From contig JBHLLU010000006.1 in assembly GCA_048938895.1 (NCBI GenBank), positions 54,367 to 118,366 on the forward strand: a stretch of DNA of 64,000 nt. Direction: 5' to 3'. Positions 18,803-29,360 of the stretch are shown here, piece after piece. The notes beneath the pieces are model-generated. The model was not told the origin of the DNA. It ran no database searches and worked only from the letters and a program-made list of their open reading frames with translations. This stretch comes from Promethearchaeota archaeon. Lineage in GTDB: Archaea > Asgardarchaeota > Lokiarchaeia > Sigyniarchaeales > SOKP01. Positions within the stretch are counted from its first letter, which is position 1; each line of letters opens with the position of its first letter. The translations under genes were made by a program, and so were the position numbers.

Positions 18803-19618
18803 TTAATCAAAATTATATTCCTTTAATACTTCTTCTACAGTATAATTTTTATGCACGATCTTTGAAATGGCACTGACCATTTTTGTGGGATCTTTTGATT
18901 GGAACACATTCCTCCCAAAAGCTACTCCAGAACCTCCTGCCTCGATAGAATCATATACCATTTGCAATAAATCTTGAGTAGTATCCATTTTTGGACCACC
19001 CGCAATTATGACTGGAACATTTTTTACGCTTTTAACAATATATTCAAATGATTCTATACTTCCAGTATAATTTGTTTTAACAATATCTGCTCCTAATTCT
19101 ACTCCTGCTCTTACTGCAATATTTACAACTTCAGGATCATTTTCATCTTTGATTTTTCTACCTCGAGGATATACCATTGCGATTAGAGGAACCCCCCACT
19201 CTCTTGAGGCTTCTACAACTCTACTTGCATCCTGTAGCATTTCAGGTTCCTCGTCTGCTCCAATATTTATATGAATCGAAACTCCATCAGCCCCTAATTT
19301 TAACGCTCGTTCTACAGAACATACCAAAACCTTTCTATTTGGATCTGGTGCTAAATTTGTAGCAGCAGAAAGATGAATTATCAAACCAATATCCTTCCCA
19401 TATTGCCTATGCCCTGCGCCTACCATACCAGAATGCATTAAAACAGCATTTGCTCCACCTAAAGCAACTTTATCGATCATTCCTGCAATATCTTCTAAAC
19501 CATTGATGGTACCTAAGGTTAATCCATGATCCATTGGTATTATTATGGTTCTCTTGGTTTCTCTGTCAATAAACCTTTCAATCCTAATGTTTTTTCCAAT
19601 ATTCAAGTTAAAACTCAA
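18803..19618 (-). CDS. DhnA-family class I aldolase, probably 2-amino-3,7-dideoxy-D-threo-hept-6-ulosonate synthase (AroA')
   Basis: [16 protein letters not shown] (Schiff-base Lys), IAGGPK, GRNVFQ. Confidence 0.85.
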   Translation of the reverse strand: MSFNLNIGKNIRIERFIDRETKRTIIIPMDHGLTLGTINGLEDIAGMIDKVALGGANAVLMHSGMVGAGHRQYGKDIGLIIHLSAATNLAPDPNRKVLVCSVERALKLGADGVSIHINIGADEEPEMLQDASRVVEASREWGVPLIAMVYPRGRKIKDENDPEVVNIAVRAGVELGADIVKTNYTGSIESFEYIVKSVKNVPVIIAGGPKMDTTQDLLQMVYDSIEAGGSGVAFGRNVFQSKDPTKMVSAISKIVHKNYTVEEVLKEYNFD

Positions 19619-19727
19619 TCTGGGATTTATTTTTTAAATTTAGACTGTAAATTATCAAATAAAAATTTATTCTATCCTCACTAATTCTATAGTAAGCATC
19701 ATTTTAAGTAAAAAAATAATATTTAAT

Positions 19728-20606
19728 ATGATTGACATCGTCCTCGAGTTTTTAATCGATTTATTCTCAAAGAACAAACTAAACAGGCTTCCTGAGAGTT
19801 ATGGTGGAGATCGCATATTTTCAAACCCTATTATTGGTGTTGCTCAAGGAGATGATTCTATTTTTAAAAAATATAAGGAAATAATTTCTCCAAAACATTT
19901 AACACCTGAAGAAGTATGGAAAGCGGCCAAATTATCTAATATTGAAGATTCTAACCTGCGAATTCTTTCTATTGTATGCCCATTCTCAAATCAAATACGT
20001 TCTGAAAGCATAAAAGCGAGGATTATGCCTGCGGAAATCTATAGTATTGGGAGAAATTATGCAAACGAATTCAAAATCGAAGTTATGAAACAAACAATAG
20101 AGTTTTTTAGAAAACAAGGATTTAGAGCTACGGCAGGCATGCTAAGTGATAAGTTTATTATTTATCCTGGATTTTTTTCATCTTGGTCCGAACGACATAT
20201 TGCTTTTGCAGCAGGTCTTGGGACGTTTAGCCTCCATGAGGGATTAATATCAGAAGTTGGGTGTAATATTCGACTATGTTCAGTAATTACAGACGCACCA
20301 CTACGAGTAACATCTCGCAGAAGTGATGATCCATATGCAAATTGCCTATATTATACTAACGGAACGTGTAGAGAGTGTGAAAAAAAATGTCCTGCTGATG
20401 CTATCAATGAAAATGGACATGATAAGAAGAAATGTCGGATTTATGGTAGAAAAATTGAAGCAGAAATGACCAAACGTCTGGCTCCAATTTTGAAACCTCA
20501 TTTGAGACGGATTCAAGGCAAGATGGTTCAAAGTTATCCTGTAGGATGCGCATTTTGTCAATTTGGTGTACCTTGTATGGATAAAAATCCAATAAAAGCT
20601 GAATAA
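19728..20606 (+). CDS. Epoxyqueuosine reductase (QueG)/reductive dehalogenase-like Fe-S protein
   Basis: WSERHIAFAAGLG, RLCSVITDAPL, CRECEKKCP, CAFCQFGVPC. Confidence 0.8.
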   Translation: MIDIVLEFLIDLFSKNKLNRLPESYGGDRIFSNPIIGVAQGDDSIFKKYKEIISPKHLTPEEVWKAAKLSNIEDSNLRILSIVCPFSNQIRSESIKARIMPAEIYSIGRNYANEFKIEVMKQTIEFFRKQGFRATAGMLSDKFIIYPGFFSSWSERHIAFAAGLGTFSLHEGLISEVGCNIRLCSVITDAPLRVTSRRSDDPYANCLYYTNGTCRECEKKCPADAINENGHDKKKCRIYGRKIEAEMTKRLAPILKPHLRRIQGKMVQSYPVGCAFCQFGVPCMDKNPIKAE

Positions 20607-20638
20607 TATAATAATAAGAAACTAAATTCATGAATTTC

Positions 20639-22210
20639 CTACCATGGTCTTCTAATTATTGTGGGTCTACTCATTTTCGATTTTTCTGGATAATCTACAT
20701 TATAATGAATTCCACGACTCTCTTTCCTAGATATTGCACTGACGATTATTATTTTTGCCACTGTAGCCAAATTGCGTAATTCTACTAAGTTTTTTTCAAT
20801 TTTAAAATCCCAGTAATATTGGTCTATCTCATCAAGTAATAAGTTAATTCTTTTTTTAGCTCTTTGTAATCTTTTATCCGTTCGAACAATCCCAACATAA
20901 TTCCACATGAATCTTCGGATTTCATCCCAATTTTGACTTAAAACAACAGCTTCAGTGGTTGGTACAGCATTTCCTGGTTCCCATTCTGGAAATTCTTGTA
21001 TTTTCAACTGTTGAATTTTTTGTTTTAATGCATTGGCACATTCATAAGCTGTTACTAGACCTTCTAGCAAAGAATTACTCGCTAATCTATTTGCTCCATG
21101 TAAACCAGTACATGAAGATTCTCCAATAACATAAAGGTTTTTAACATCGGTCTTTCCATTAATATCTGCTCTTACTCCTCCACAACAATAATGCGCAGCA
21201 GGCACAACTGGGATAGGATCCTTTGTTATATCTATATTAAATTTCAAACATATGTTATAAATTCCTGGGAAATGAGTTTTAATAAAATCTTCACTTTTGT
21301 ATGTGGCGATATCGAGATAAACAAAATCATCACCAGATCGTTTTAGTTCAGCATCAATCGCTCTTGAAACAATATCACGAGGAGCAAGGTCTTTTAACGG
21401 ATGATATTTTTGCATAAAAACTTCCCCTCGAATATCCTTTAAAATAGCACCTTCTCCTCTCATAGCCTCGGTAATGAGAAATGATTTAGCATAAGGATGA
21501 TATAAGCAAGTTGGGTGAAATTGATAGAATTCCATATTAGCAATTGTAGTTCCAGCACGATATGCCATAGCTATTCCATCTCCTGAGGCAATATCCGGAT
21601 TAGTGGTATATAAATATATTTTTCCAGCACCACCAGTAGCCAATATAGTTGCTTTTGCACTGATATTATGGATCTCGTGTGTTTCTTGATTTAAAGCATA
21701 TACACCATAACATTTAAAATTCTTTGCAAATAAATTAACAGCACACCATTTCTCTTTTATTTGAATATCTGGAATTTTTTTAAGATTCTGAATCAATACT
21801 TTCTCGACTGATTGACCCGTCTGATCATTAACATGAAGCACTCTTCTAGCTGAGTGCCCACCTTCCTTACCTAGGTCGTATTCGCCATCTGAATTACGAG
21901 TGAATTCTACTCCTAATTTAATTAGATCATTTATTCTTTCAGGAGCTTGAGAGATTATTTTTCTTACAACTTTTTCATCACATAATCCATCTCCAGCTAT
22001 GAGTGTATCTTGAATATGTTTTTCGAAATTATCATTGTCACCCCATACACAAGCAATTCCACCTTGTGCATAATAAGTACTACTTTCCTGTAAACCCTCT
22101 TTAGTAATTAATAATATCTGCACATCTGGAACTAATTTTGATAAGTAAAGTGCTAAGGAAAGACCTGAAATTCCACTACCGATAATTAAAATATCCGTTT
22201 TAAGGTTCAA
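20639..22210 (-). CDS. nadB: L-aspartate oxidase
   Basis: GSGISG FAD motif, AQGGIA, EGGHSARRVLH, QFHPT, LITEAMRGEG, LHGANRLASNSLLEG. Confidence 0.95.
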   Translation of the reverse strand: MNLKTDILIIGSGISGLSLALYLSKLVPDVQILLITKEGLQESSTYYAQGGIACVWGDNDNFEKHIQDTLIAGDGLCDEKVVRKIISQAPERINDLIKLGVEFTRNSDGEYDLGKEGGHSARRVLHVNDQTGQSVEKVLIQNLKKIPDIQIKEKWCAVNLFAKNFKCYGVYALNQETHEIHNISAKATILATGGAGKIYLYTTNPDIASGDGIAMAYRAGTTIANMEFYQFHPTCLYHPYAKSFLITEAMRGEGAILKDIRGEVFMQKYHPLKDLAPRDIVSRAIDAELKRSGDDFVYLDIATYKSEDFIKTHFPGIYNICLKFNIDITKDPIPVVPAAHYCCGGVRADINGKTDVKNLYVIGESSCTGLHGANRLASNSLLEGLVTAYECANALKQKIQQLKIQEFPEWEPGNAVPTTEAVVLSQNWDEIRRFMWNYVGIVRTDKRLQRAKKRINLLLDEIDQYYWDFKIEKNLVELRNLATVAKIIIVSAISRKESRGIHYNVDYPEKSKMSRPTIIRRPW

Positions 22211-22323
22211 TAGAATATGATTTTTTCAAAATATGATTGTAGGTTATTTTGTATTCCCCATAATTAAATTAAAATTTTATTGCTATAAATACTAGATTAA
22301 GAAATTTTTTTCCTGCAAATATA

Positions 22324-22815
22324 ATGACAAAAATAGAAAACATTCTATATTTCTGCAGTGGGAACACGTGTCGTAGTCCATTCGCTGAATATTATTCCAA
22401 ATTACTTAAAACTACAAAATTTAAAGAAGAACTTAAAGATGTTAAATTCGATTCTGCTGGTATATACCATTATTACAAGATTGCTCAACCTGGAACTGTA
22501 AATTATCTAAAAACTAAAGGTGTTGACATTAGTGATTTCAAGACAAAAAGAATAGATCGAGAGCTATTAGAGAAACAAGACCTCGTTTTGGGATTCGAAC
22601 AAAAACATCACATCAATAAACTAAAGAGAAAATTTAAAGATGTTGAAGATCTTAAAGATAAACTCTTTTTATTATTAGAATTTGCCGGAGAAAAAGAAAA
22701 TTTAGAGATTTTTGACCCTTTTGATCTTGAGCAAGAAGAATATAATGCAATCCTTAAAAGAATCGAAATTGGAGTAGTAAAAGTGATTAAAAAAATCATT
22801 GATATTAATCTCTGA
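22324..22815 (+). CDS. Low-molecular-weight protein tyrosine phosphatase family
   Basis: CSGNTCRS P-loop (CX5R), SAG, DPF acid loop. Confidence 0.92.
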   Translation: MTKIENILYFCSGNTCRSPFAEYYSKLLKTTKFKEELKDVKFDSAGIYHYYKIAQPGTVNYLKTKGVDISDFKTKRIDRELLEKQDLVLGFEQKHHINKLKRKFKDVEDLKDKLFLLLEFAGEKENLEIFDPFDLEQEEYNAILKRIEIGVVKVIKKIIDINL

Positions 22816-22822
22816 TAAATTA

Positions 22823-24445
22823 TTAGTCAGCAACATCTGAATATCTTTCGCTAAAATACTTTTTAATAAGATATTTAGCCTGTGTAAAATGGCTGACATT
22901 TCCTTGAAAACTTTTTAATTCTTTCGAGAAATTATTTTCGAACTCTCTAGAAAATTCGTCTAGTTTTTTAAACAATACTGGTAATTCCATAGTAGCTATT
23001 AGAGCAACGATATGATATTTCCCATAACCAAATAGTAAAAATACTCCTTCTTTATCAATTTTTCTAAGTTCTTTCTTACTTCGTGTAATTTCAGAAATTA
23101 TAGTTAAAACACCAGAGAGAACACCTGATACAATATCTCTATCAAATTGAACGGGTTCTTCAGTTTTTTTTTTCTTTTCGAAGTTATGTTCGTATAGACA
23201 AATTCCTGTTTTACTAAAAACAAGAAGATCATTTAGAGTTTCTGCCCACTTTTTTTCTTTTGAGACTAGAAATTCCTTCATTCCCATCATCCACACTAAA
23301 AGTATAACCAAAATAAAACTATTAAGTAGATTCGAAAAGTTAGGAACAACATCTTCAATATAAGGGACAGTAATTATCCATTTACCAAATATAAACCCAA
23401 GTATAGTCCCAAAAAAGAATAATAACATGAAAATCCCATTGATACGACCTCTGAACTTCAGATTTCCTCTTTCTGTAGAAAAATCTCCTGCGATTGTAAA
23501 GATTGCAAGTATCAGTGGACATATTGAAAAACCATAATGGATGGAAAGAAAAACTTTTCTTGGCATACCCAAAATATAGGGTTCATTGATAAACGACCCA
23601 TAAGATATAAGAAAAAATGAAACAACTAAAATACCTAAAACAATTGATATTTTTCGGCCTAAATTATCTAAAAAACAGCCAGCAGCAATAAGATATAACG
23701 AGGAAACTATAAAAAATATAAGAAAATCTACTTCAAAACTATACCTAGAAAACAGGTTGCCCAATGTGAAACTTAAGATTGTAAAACTGGAAATATATCT
23801 AAAAAAATGCTTTTCAAAAATAATTTCCAAATATTTTTTGTCAGATTTTAATCTTACATCGGTTTCTATATATTTATAACTTTTAGAATACCAATAAACA
23901 ACAATAAAAATAATAAGTTCTAATAATCCAAATATAAAATACAAGGAATCAAACACTATAAAGAATATAGAAAAAGCCGCTAAGTTAAAACTAGGAATTA
24001 ATAAAAACATTGATATTCTCCCTCGATTTAAAATGTTTGTTTCATGGACTAGTATTGTAAACCAAATAATGATTAATTGGGGGATTGCTAAGAGAATGAT
24101 TAACAATCCGAGATAATATAATAAAACCCCTGGAATTACGCCTACTATAAGTCCAATAACGCAAAGGAATAAGGTTGTATTTAAATATCTTGTTCGATTT
24201 TTAATATGATCTACAATCATACCTGAAATAAAAAAGGAAATTGCAATAATAAATACAAAAACATAAGTTTCTAATCCCATAGTATTTAGATCTCGAATTA
24301 GCATTAAATATTCAAATACTAAAGCTTCAACAATTAACATAATAGCTAATAGTGAGAAAAATAAATAACTAAAAGTTTTGAGTTCAATATTGATATCTCT
24401 AGTAAATACCCTAATAAACCACTGTTTTACAGAATTCTTTTTCAT
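22823..24445 (-). CDS. Multi-pass (MFS-like, about 12 TM) membrane protein with C-terminal longin-like domain
   Basis: MFS motif-A-like GCFLDNLGRK and GMIVDHIKNR; soluble tail LLVFSKTGICLYEHNF...DIVSGVLSGVLTIISEI...FSREFENNF. Confidence 0.8.
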   Translation of the reverse strand: MKKNSVKQWFIRVFTRDINIELKTFSYLFFSLLAIMLIVEALVFEYLMLIRDLNTMGLETYVFVFIIAISFFISGMIVDHIKNRTRYLNTTLFLCVIGLIVGVIPGVLLYYLGLLIILLAIPQLIIIWFTILVHETNILNRGRISMFLLIPSFNLAAFSIFFIVFDSLYFIFGLLELIIFIVVYWYSKSYKYIETDVRLKSDKKYLEIIFEKHFFRYISSFTILSFTLGNLFSRYSFEVDFLIFFIVSSLYLIAAGCFLDNLGRKISIVLGILVVSFFLISYGSFINEPYILGMPRKVFLSIHYGFSICPLILAIFTIAGDFSTERGNLKFRGRINGIFMLLFFFGTILGFIFGKWIITVPYIEDVVPNFSNLLNSFILVILLVWMMGMKEFLVSKEKKWAETLNDLLVFSKTGICLYEHNFEKKKKTEEPVQFDRDIVSGVLSGVLTIISEITRSKKELRKIDKEGVFLLFGYGKYHIVALIATMELPVLFKKLDEFSREFENNFSKELKSFQGNVSHFTQAKYLIKKYFSERYSDVAD

Positions 24446-24568
24446 GATAGGCTTTCAAATATTTATTAATGATAATATTTTTTAGATCTGGTTTTTATTT
24501 AATATTTTTGTCAAACCCTATTTATGACATAGAATTAAATTCTAATTGTATCGAATATTCAATGAATC

Positions 24569-25045
24569 ATGAATAAAATTATGAGGATACTCTTTGTATG
24601 TTTAGGGAATACTGCTAGATCTCCTGTGGCAGAATATTTAGCTCGATACTACGCAGAAATACGTGGCTTAAACTTAATTATTGAAAGTGCTGGATTTATC
24701 AATGCATTTTCATACATGCAAAGAGAGTCTCAGGAATATTTGAATTCTAAACATATTGATCATTCTGAATTTCACCCTCAATTGATCACTCGTAGCATAT
24801 TAAGAAATCAGGATTTAATATTAACAATGGAAAAATCTCACTCAAAAGAGATTATCAACAATTATAGCGAGATACTTAATATTGAAAAGAAAACTTATAC
24901 GTTAAAAGAGTATACTGGTGAATCTAAAGACATTGATATAATTGATCCTTATTATTCAAATGAAAGATATCAAGAGGTTCTTAAAACCATTGATAAATAT
25001 GTTAAAAAAGTCATTGAAAAAATAAAGGCTGAGAAGAACGTATAA
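24569..25045 (+). CDS. Low-molecular-weight protein tyrosine phosphatase family, second paralog
   Basis: CLGNTARS P-loop, SAG, ILTME, DPYY. Confidence 0.9.
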   Translation: MNKIMRILFVCLGNTARSPVAEYLARYYAEIRGLNLIIESAGFINAFSYMQRESQEYLNSKHIDHSEFHPQLITRSILRNQDLILTMEKSHSKEIINNYSEILNIEKKTYTLKEYTGESKDIDIIDPYYSNERYQEVLKTIDKYVKKVIEKIKAEKNV

Positions 25046-25096
25046 TAATCTTTAAATATGTTCAGAATAATTTGTTATAAGTAAATCTACTTTAAA

Positions 25097-26044
25097 ATGA
25101 TTTCTATGGAATTGGCTATAGAAACTAAAAATTTAACAAAATATTTTGGAGATGTACACGCTGTTGATGGAATTGATTTACAAGTTCCAAAGGGTACATT
25201 ATTTGGATTTTTAGGACCTAATGGTGCAGGAAAAACTACAACCATCTCAATATTAAGTACAATTCTTCCACCAACTAGTGGAGAAGCCACAATTCTAGGA
25301 AACGATGTACAAAAAGACGCTAATAAAATTAAGAAGATAATCGGAGTATGTCCTCAAGAAATTGTGCTTTATGAAAGATTATCAGCAAGAGAAAATATTA
25401 ATTTAATTGCAAAGATGCATGGATTGAAAAAAGAAGATTATAAAGAAAAAACAGATAATCTTCTGGGAAGAATGAATCTCCTTGAGAGAGCTGATTCGCT
25501 AGTTAAAACATATTCCGGAGGAATGAAAAGAAGAGTTAACGTTCTCATGGCAGTGATCCACGATCCTGAAATTGTTATATTTGATGAACCAACTGCTGGT
25601 TTAGATCCACAATCTCGTAGAGTTGTTTGGGATTTTATAAGAGATTTTCAAAAGAAAAACGCCACAATTATCTTAACAACACATAATATGGAAGAAGCTG
25701 ATGATCTTTCAGATGAATTAATAATCATTGATAATGGTAAGATTATCTCTCAAGGAACTCCAAAAGAATTAAAAGGCAAGTTAGGCAAAGGTGATGTTAT
25801 TGAGTTTAAGGTTAAAGAGCAGGTAAATAGAGAAGAAATTATACCAAGATTAGAGCAATTAGATTTTGTAAAATGGGTTAAACCGGTAGGAAAAAGAAGA
25901 ATAATTCTGAATGGATTAGATGGATTGCGTCGAATAAATGAGATAATAGATGCAGTGAAGGAAAAAATGTTAGATATATCGATACGAAAAAACACATTAG
26001 AGGATGTATTTATTGATTTAACTGGAAGGAGGTTAAGAGATTAA
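25097..26044 (+). CDS. ABC-2 type exporter ATPase (DrrA-like)
   Basis: GPNGAGKTT, YSGGMKRR, FDEPTAGLDP, LEDVFIDLTG. Confidence 0.95.
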   Translation: MISMELAIETKNLTKYFGDVHAVDGIDLQVPKGTLFGFLGPNGAGKTTTISILSTILPPTSGEATILGNDVQKDANKIKKIIGVCPQEIVLYERLSARENINLIAKMHGLKKEDYKEKTDNLLGRMNLLERADSLVKTYSGGMKRRVNVLMAVIHDPEIVIFDEPTAGLDPQSRRVVWDFIRDFQKKNATIILTTHNMEEADDLSDELIIIDNGKIISQGTPKELKGKLGKGDVIEFKVKEQVNREEIIPRLEQLDFVKWVKPVGKRRIILNGLDGLRRINEIIDAVKEKMLDISIRKNTLEDVFIDLTGRRLRD

Positions 26045-27201
26045 TGAACAACGAGAGAAAACTTAAAAGATTAAATAAAGCAAAGTACAAAGGACACCTT
26101 TTAAGTTTAACTATCAAAAACATAAAAACTATGTTTCGAGATAAAACAGAATTAGCCTGGATAATAGGCTACCCCCTGATTTTGATTTTTGTATTTTCGC
26201 TTGCATTTGGGTTTACTTCTTCACTTTCTAAATTTGATTTAATTATTTTTAATGAAGATCCAAATCAACCCGAAAGTTTAGATGATTATTCTTTAGTATT
26301 TATAGGAATCTTGGAAAATAATTTAACTAATTACATAAATCTCAATCAATCGAGCTATTCAAAAAGTGAAGCTGAGAAAGAACTAAAATATGAAAGAGTT
26401 GATGCTATTATTTTTATACCTAATAATTTTACAGAGACGATTATTAATAATGAAACCGTAAGACTTGATATAAGAATAATTCCTGATATTGTTACAGAGG
26501 GAGTAGTTGGATCCATTACGAAACAAATCATTGATCTCCTTATAATATTTCATAATAATGGCACTCCCTCCGAAGTAGTCATAGATCGTGTTACAAACAC
26601 AGTTGAAATAACTGCTTTTGACATGATGGCTCCTGGTTTCATTATTGCAGGTGTTACAGTCTGTATTAGTCAATTGGCATTGCATTTTGCTGAAGAAAAG
26701 GAAACAGGGACATTAAAAAGACTGAGTACTACACCTGTATCACGAGGAAGCGTTCTAATATCAGGTCTTCTTTCACAACTTATTGTAATTACAATACAGA
26801 CTCTAATTTTAATACTTTTATTAATGCTATTTGGAGCATATTTTGCACCAGGTGTAAATATTTTAGTTTTGCTTCTAATCCCTCTCTTATTCTCGTTCAC
26901 ATGTTTAGGTCTTGGATTACTTCTAGCTTCCTTTACTAAATCTCAATCGTCAGCAGGAGGATTAGCTTGGTTTATCATTCTCCCTCTTCAATTCTTAGGT
27001 GGTGTTTTCTTTATGATTGATAATCCTATTTCAGATTTTATACCAACATCATATGCAGTTCATGCTATGAGGCTTGTAATGGTCTCTGGAATAACCACTT
27101 GGGATGCTATTGGCGTAGATATTCTAGTACTTTTAGGATTTGGTATTGTATCAACCGCGTTAGGAATTCTCTTATTTCGGAGAAAAACTGCAATTCTTTA
27201 A
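26044..27201 (+). CDS. ABC-2 type exporter permease
   Basis: EKETGTLKRLSTTPVS motif, six TM; start overlaps the ATPase stop (TAATG). Confidence 0.92.
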   Translation: MNNERKLKRLNKAKYKGHLLSLTIKNIKTMFRDKTELAWIIGYPLILIFVFSLAFGFTSSLSKFDLIIFNEDPNQPESLDDYSLVFIGILENNLTNYINLNQSSYSKSEAEKELKYERVDAIIFIPNNFTETIINNETVRLDIRIIPDIVTEGVVGSITKQIIDLLIIFHNNGTPSEVVIDRVTNTVEITAFDMMAPGFIIAGVTVCISQLALHFAEEKETGTLKRLSTTPVSRGSVLISGLLSQLIVITIQTLILILLLMLFGAYFAPGVNILVLLLIPLLFSFTCLGLGLLLASFTKSQSSAGGLAWFIILPLQFLGGVFFMIDNPISDFIPTSYAVHAMRLVMVSGITTWDAIGVDILVLLGFGIVSTALGILLFRRKTAIL

Positions 27202-27216
27202 TTTTCCTTTTTTTTT
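27202..27216 (+). terminator. Oligo-T archaeal-type terminator after the ABC-2 operon
   Basis: TTTTCCTTTTTTTTT directly after the stop codon. Confidence 0.45.
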
Positions 27217-27329
27217 ATTAAATAATTTGTTTTTCTTTCAATAAGGAACTATTGATAAAATTAAGTTTTAAATAGGTAAAGAGATAAATAACTTATAAAG
27301 AAATTATGAGTTTTTAACCGTACTTTTTT

Positions 27330-27878
27330 TTGTTAGGGGAATTTATTTTGGAAGATTATAAGAAAGAATTAAATAAAAGAATCCATAATCCAGTTGATAA
27401 TATAAACTCAGTTAAAGGATTTGAAATAATAACTGAATCTTTAGTTTATAAAGTATATGATGTATTTGGACGTAATAGTCTTTTATCAATATTATATCAA
27501 ACAGGAGTGTTTCCAGGGACAATTATAGCTGAACGAATAAAAAGAGAATACCAAAAAGAGGAATTCGAAATTATGGAAGCTTTAGTGATTCTAATGGATG
27601 AATTAAAAGAATTTTACGCTATTCAAGTTAGAGATATCGAACAGTTCTCCGATCACGCCCGAATTATTATTGAAAATCATTGTTTTTTACGTGAACCCAT
27701 TAAACATAGAGAAAAATTAGACTTCGGTAAAGCGTTTTGTCGGATTAATAAGGGATATTTTGAAACGGCATTTCAAAAATTACTTGGGAATAAGATAAAA
27801 AAAATTGAAATAAATTTTCTTGAGAATGATGAAGAAAAGAACGTATGCGTAGAAGAACTTAATTTTTTCTATAATTAA
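27330..27878 (+). CDS. V4R / Bet3(TRAPP)-like domain protein
   Basis: LYQTG..G..IA helix, HCF...FCRINKGYFE...C pattern typical of the V4R fold; true start may be the TTG at 27348. Confidence 0.65.
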   Translation: MLGEFILEDYKKELNKRIHNPVDNINSVKGFEIITESLVYKVYDVFGRNSLLSILYQTGVFPGTIIAERIKREYQKEEFEIMEALVILMDELKEFYAIQVRDIEQFSDHARIIIENHCFLREPIKHREKLDFGKAFCRINKGYFETAFQKLLGNKIKKIEINFLENDEEKNVCVEELNFFYN

Positions 27879-27889
27879 AAAATTATTAT

Positions 27890-29017
27890 TTAAACATTCT
27901 GAATATTTAAGTTCCAATATTTTAATGAAGAAACAAGCTCATCTTCCCCAATAAATCCAATAATCTCATTATTATCTTTTTCCCGTACAATTAAGATTTT
28001 AGGGGGATTATTAGATTGCCTTAACTGTTTCATTACATCTTTTCCTGTACGATTTTGTTCAATATCTGGGATCTCTGAAATATTTCTCATAATATATCCA
28101 ACAATGTGCCTTGGCCTTTCATTCAGTGAAACCTTCTTTACGTCAGATACATGTACGACACCTACAACTTTGTCTCCTTGAATAACTGGGAAATAAGATT
28201 TCTTATAAGGGATAAAATATTCTCTTACTGCATCACTCACAGTCATATTAAATGGAATTTCTAAATCTTTTTTGGGAATATTAAGCATTTCTTTTACACT
28301 AATATTAGAAAGCGTATATTCATTAAGTGTTTGAAAATAAGACTGTTTTGCAGAAGATCTTAAAAAAAATCCCATTAAAATAAGCCAAATTCCACTAACT
28401 AATCCAAAAGAAAGCATTTGAAAGATACCATATGCCATTAAACCGTAACTGAATCCAACACCAATTCTTGAAGCTGATTTAGTAGCAGATATATAATCAT
28501 CCCTACGTTTCCATAAAAATGCACGGAGAAGTCTTCCCCCATCAATCGGGAAAGCAGGAAGCAAGTTAAAAAATCCTAATCCGATGTTTGTTATTCCACT
28601 ATAAAATAAGATCACTGTAATTATAGTAGGCATTGAAATGGGGGAATAATATAGAACTAAGAAAATAATACCAATTAGTAAGCTAGAAAGTGGTCCTACA
28701 GCGGCAATTAACAATTCAGCCTTCGGTGATTTTGGTTCCTCTTCAATTTTAGAAACACCTCCAAAGAAATAGAGATCAATTTCAGAAACAATTAATCCTT
28801 TTCTTTGGGCTAGAATTGAATGACTTAATTCATGTATCAGAATAGAAATTAGAATTATTACACCACTGATGAGACCTACTAAGAAAAGCTCAAGAAATGA
28901 ACTAGTTGGTACGATTGAAATATAGAAACTTGCCGCATAAAACCCAATTAATACAACGATCAATAGAGTTGATAAATGTATTCTTATTTCGATTCCTTTT
29001 ATTTTTGCGATTTTCAC
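27890..29017 (-). CDS. Site-2 protease (M50) with CBS domains
   Basis: HELSH, FFGGVS, AGP, FNLLPAFPIDGGR; C-terminal CBS pair. Confidence 0.93.
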   Translation of the reverse strand: MKIAKIKGIEIRIHLSTLLIVVLIGFYAASFYISIVPTSSFLELFLVGLISGVIILISILIHELSHSILAQRKGLIVSEIDLYFFGGVSKIEEEPKSPKAELLIAAVGPLSSLLIGIIFLVLYYSPISMPTIITVILFYSGITNIGLGFFNLLPAFPIDGGRLLRAFLWKRRDDYISATKSASRIGVGFSYGLMAYGIFQMLSFGLVSGIWLILMGFFLRSSAKQSYFQTLNEYTLSNISVKEMLNIPKKDLEIPFNMTVSDAVREYFIPYKKSYFPVIQGDKVVGVVHVSDVKKVSLNERPRHIVGYIMRNISEIPDIEQNRTGKDVMKQLRQSNNPPKILIVREKDNNEIIGFIGEDELVSSLKYWNLNIQNV

Positions 29018-29360
29018 AATTTTACCTCTGATTATAGTATGAGAAATTACAAATTAATTTCTAGTGTTTATTAAAAGAAACAATTTTCCACAATTTATTA
29101 TATAACAGAAAACAGATCGTAGAAAATTCTTAAATTTTAAAAAGTCTAAAAATCATTGATGTTGATATTTTAATCAATATTAATATGGATTACGAATATT
29201 AAATTTAGTGAATTTGATAATAGTAAATATTAATGTGCATCAACGATGTTTATTTTCTAAGATATGAAATATTAAAGATTAAAAAAAAATGTTGCATTAC
29301 AAAAATTACTATTAACTATAAAAAATCTAATTGAAAATTTAAAAAAGTTGAGAAATAAAG

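Noticed and set aside
17528-29017. S8 protease plus M50 protease as a site-1/site-2 (SREBP-like) pair
   Set aside because: They are about 9 kb apart with unrelated genes between, both families are widespread, and no membrane-tethered transcription factor lies nearby.
29018-29360. Long AT-rich intergenic region as a possible ncRNA or replication origin
   Set aside because: No GC-rich stems, ORB-like repeats or adjacent cdc6/orc gene; it is adequately explained as divergent promoters.
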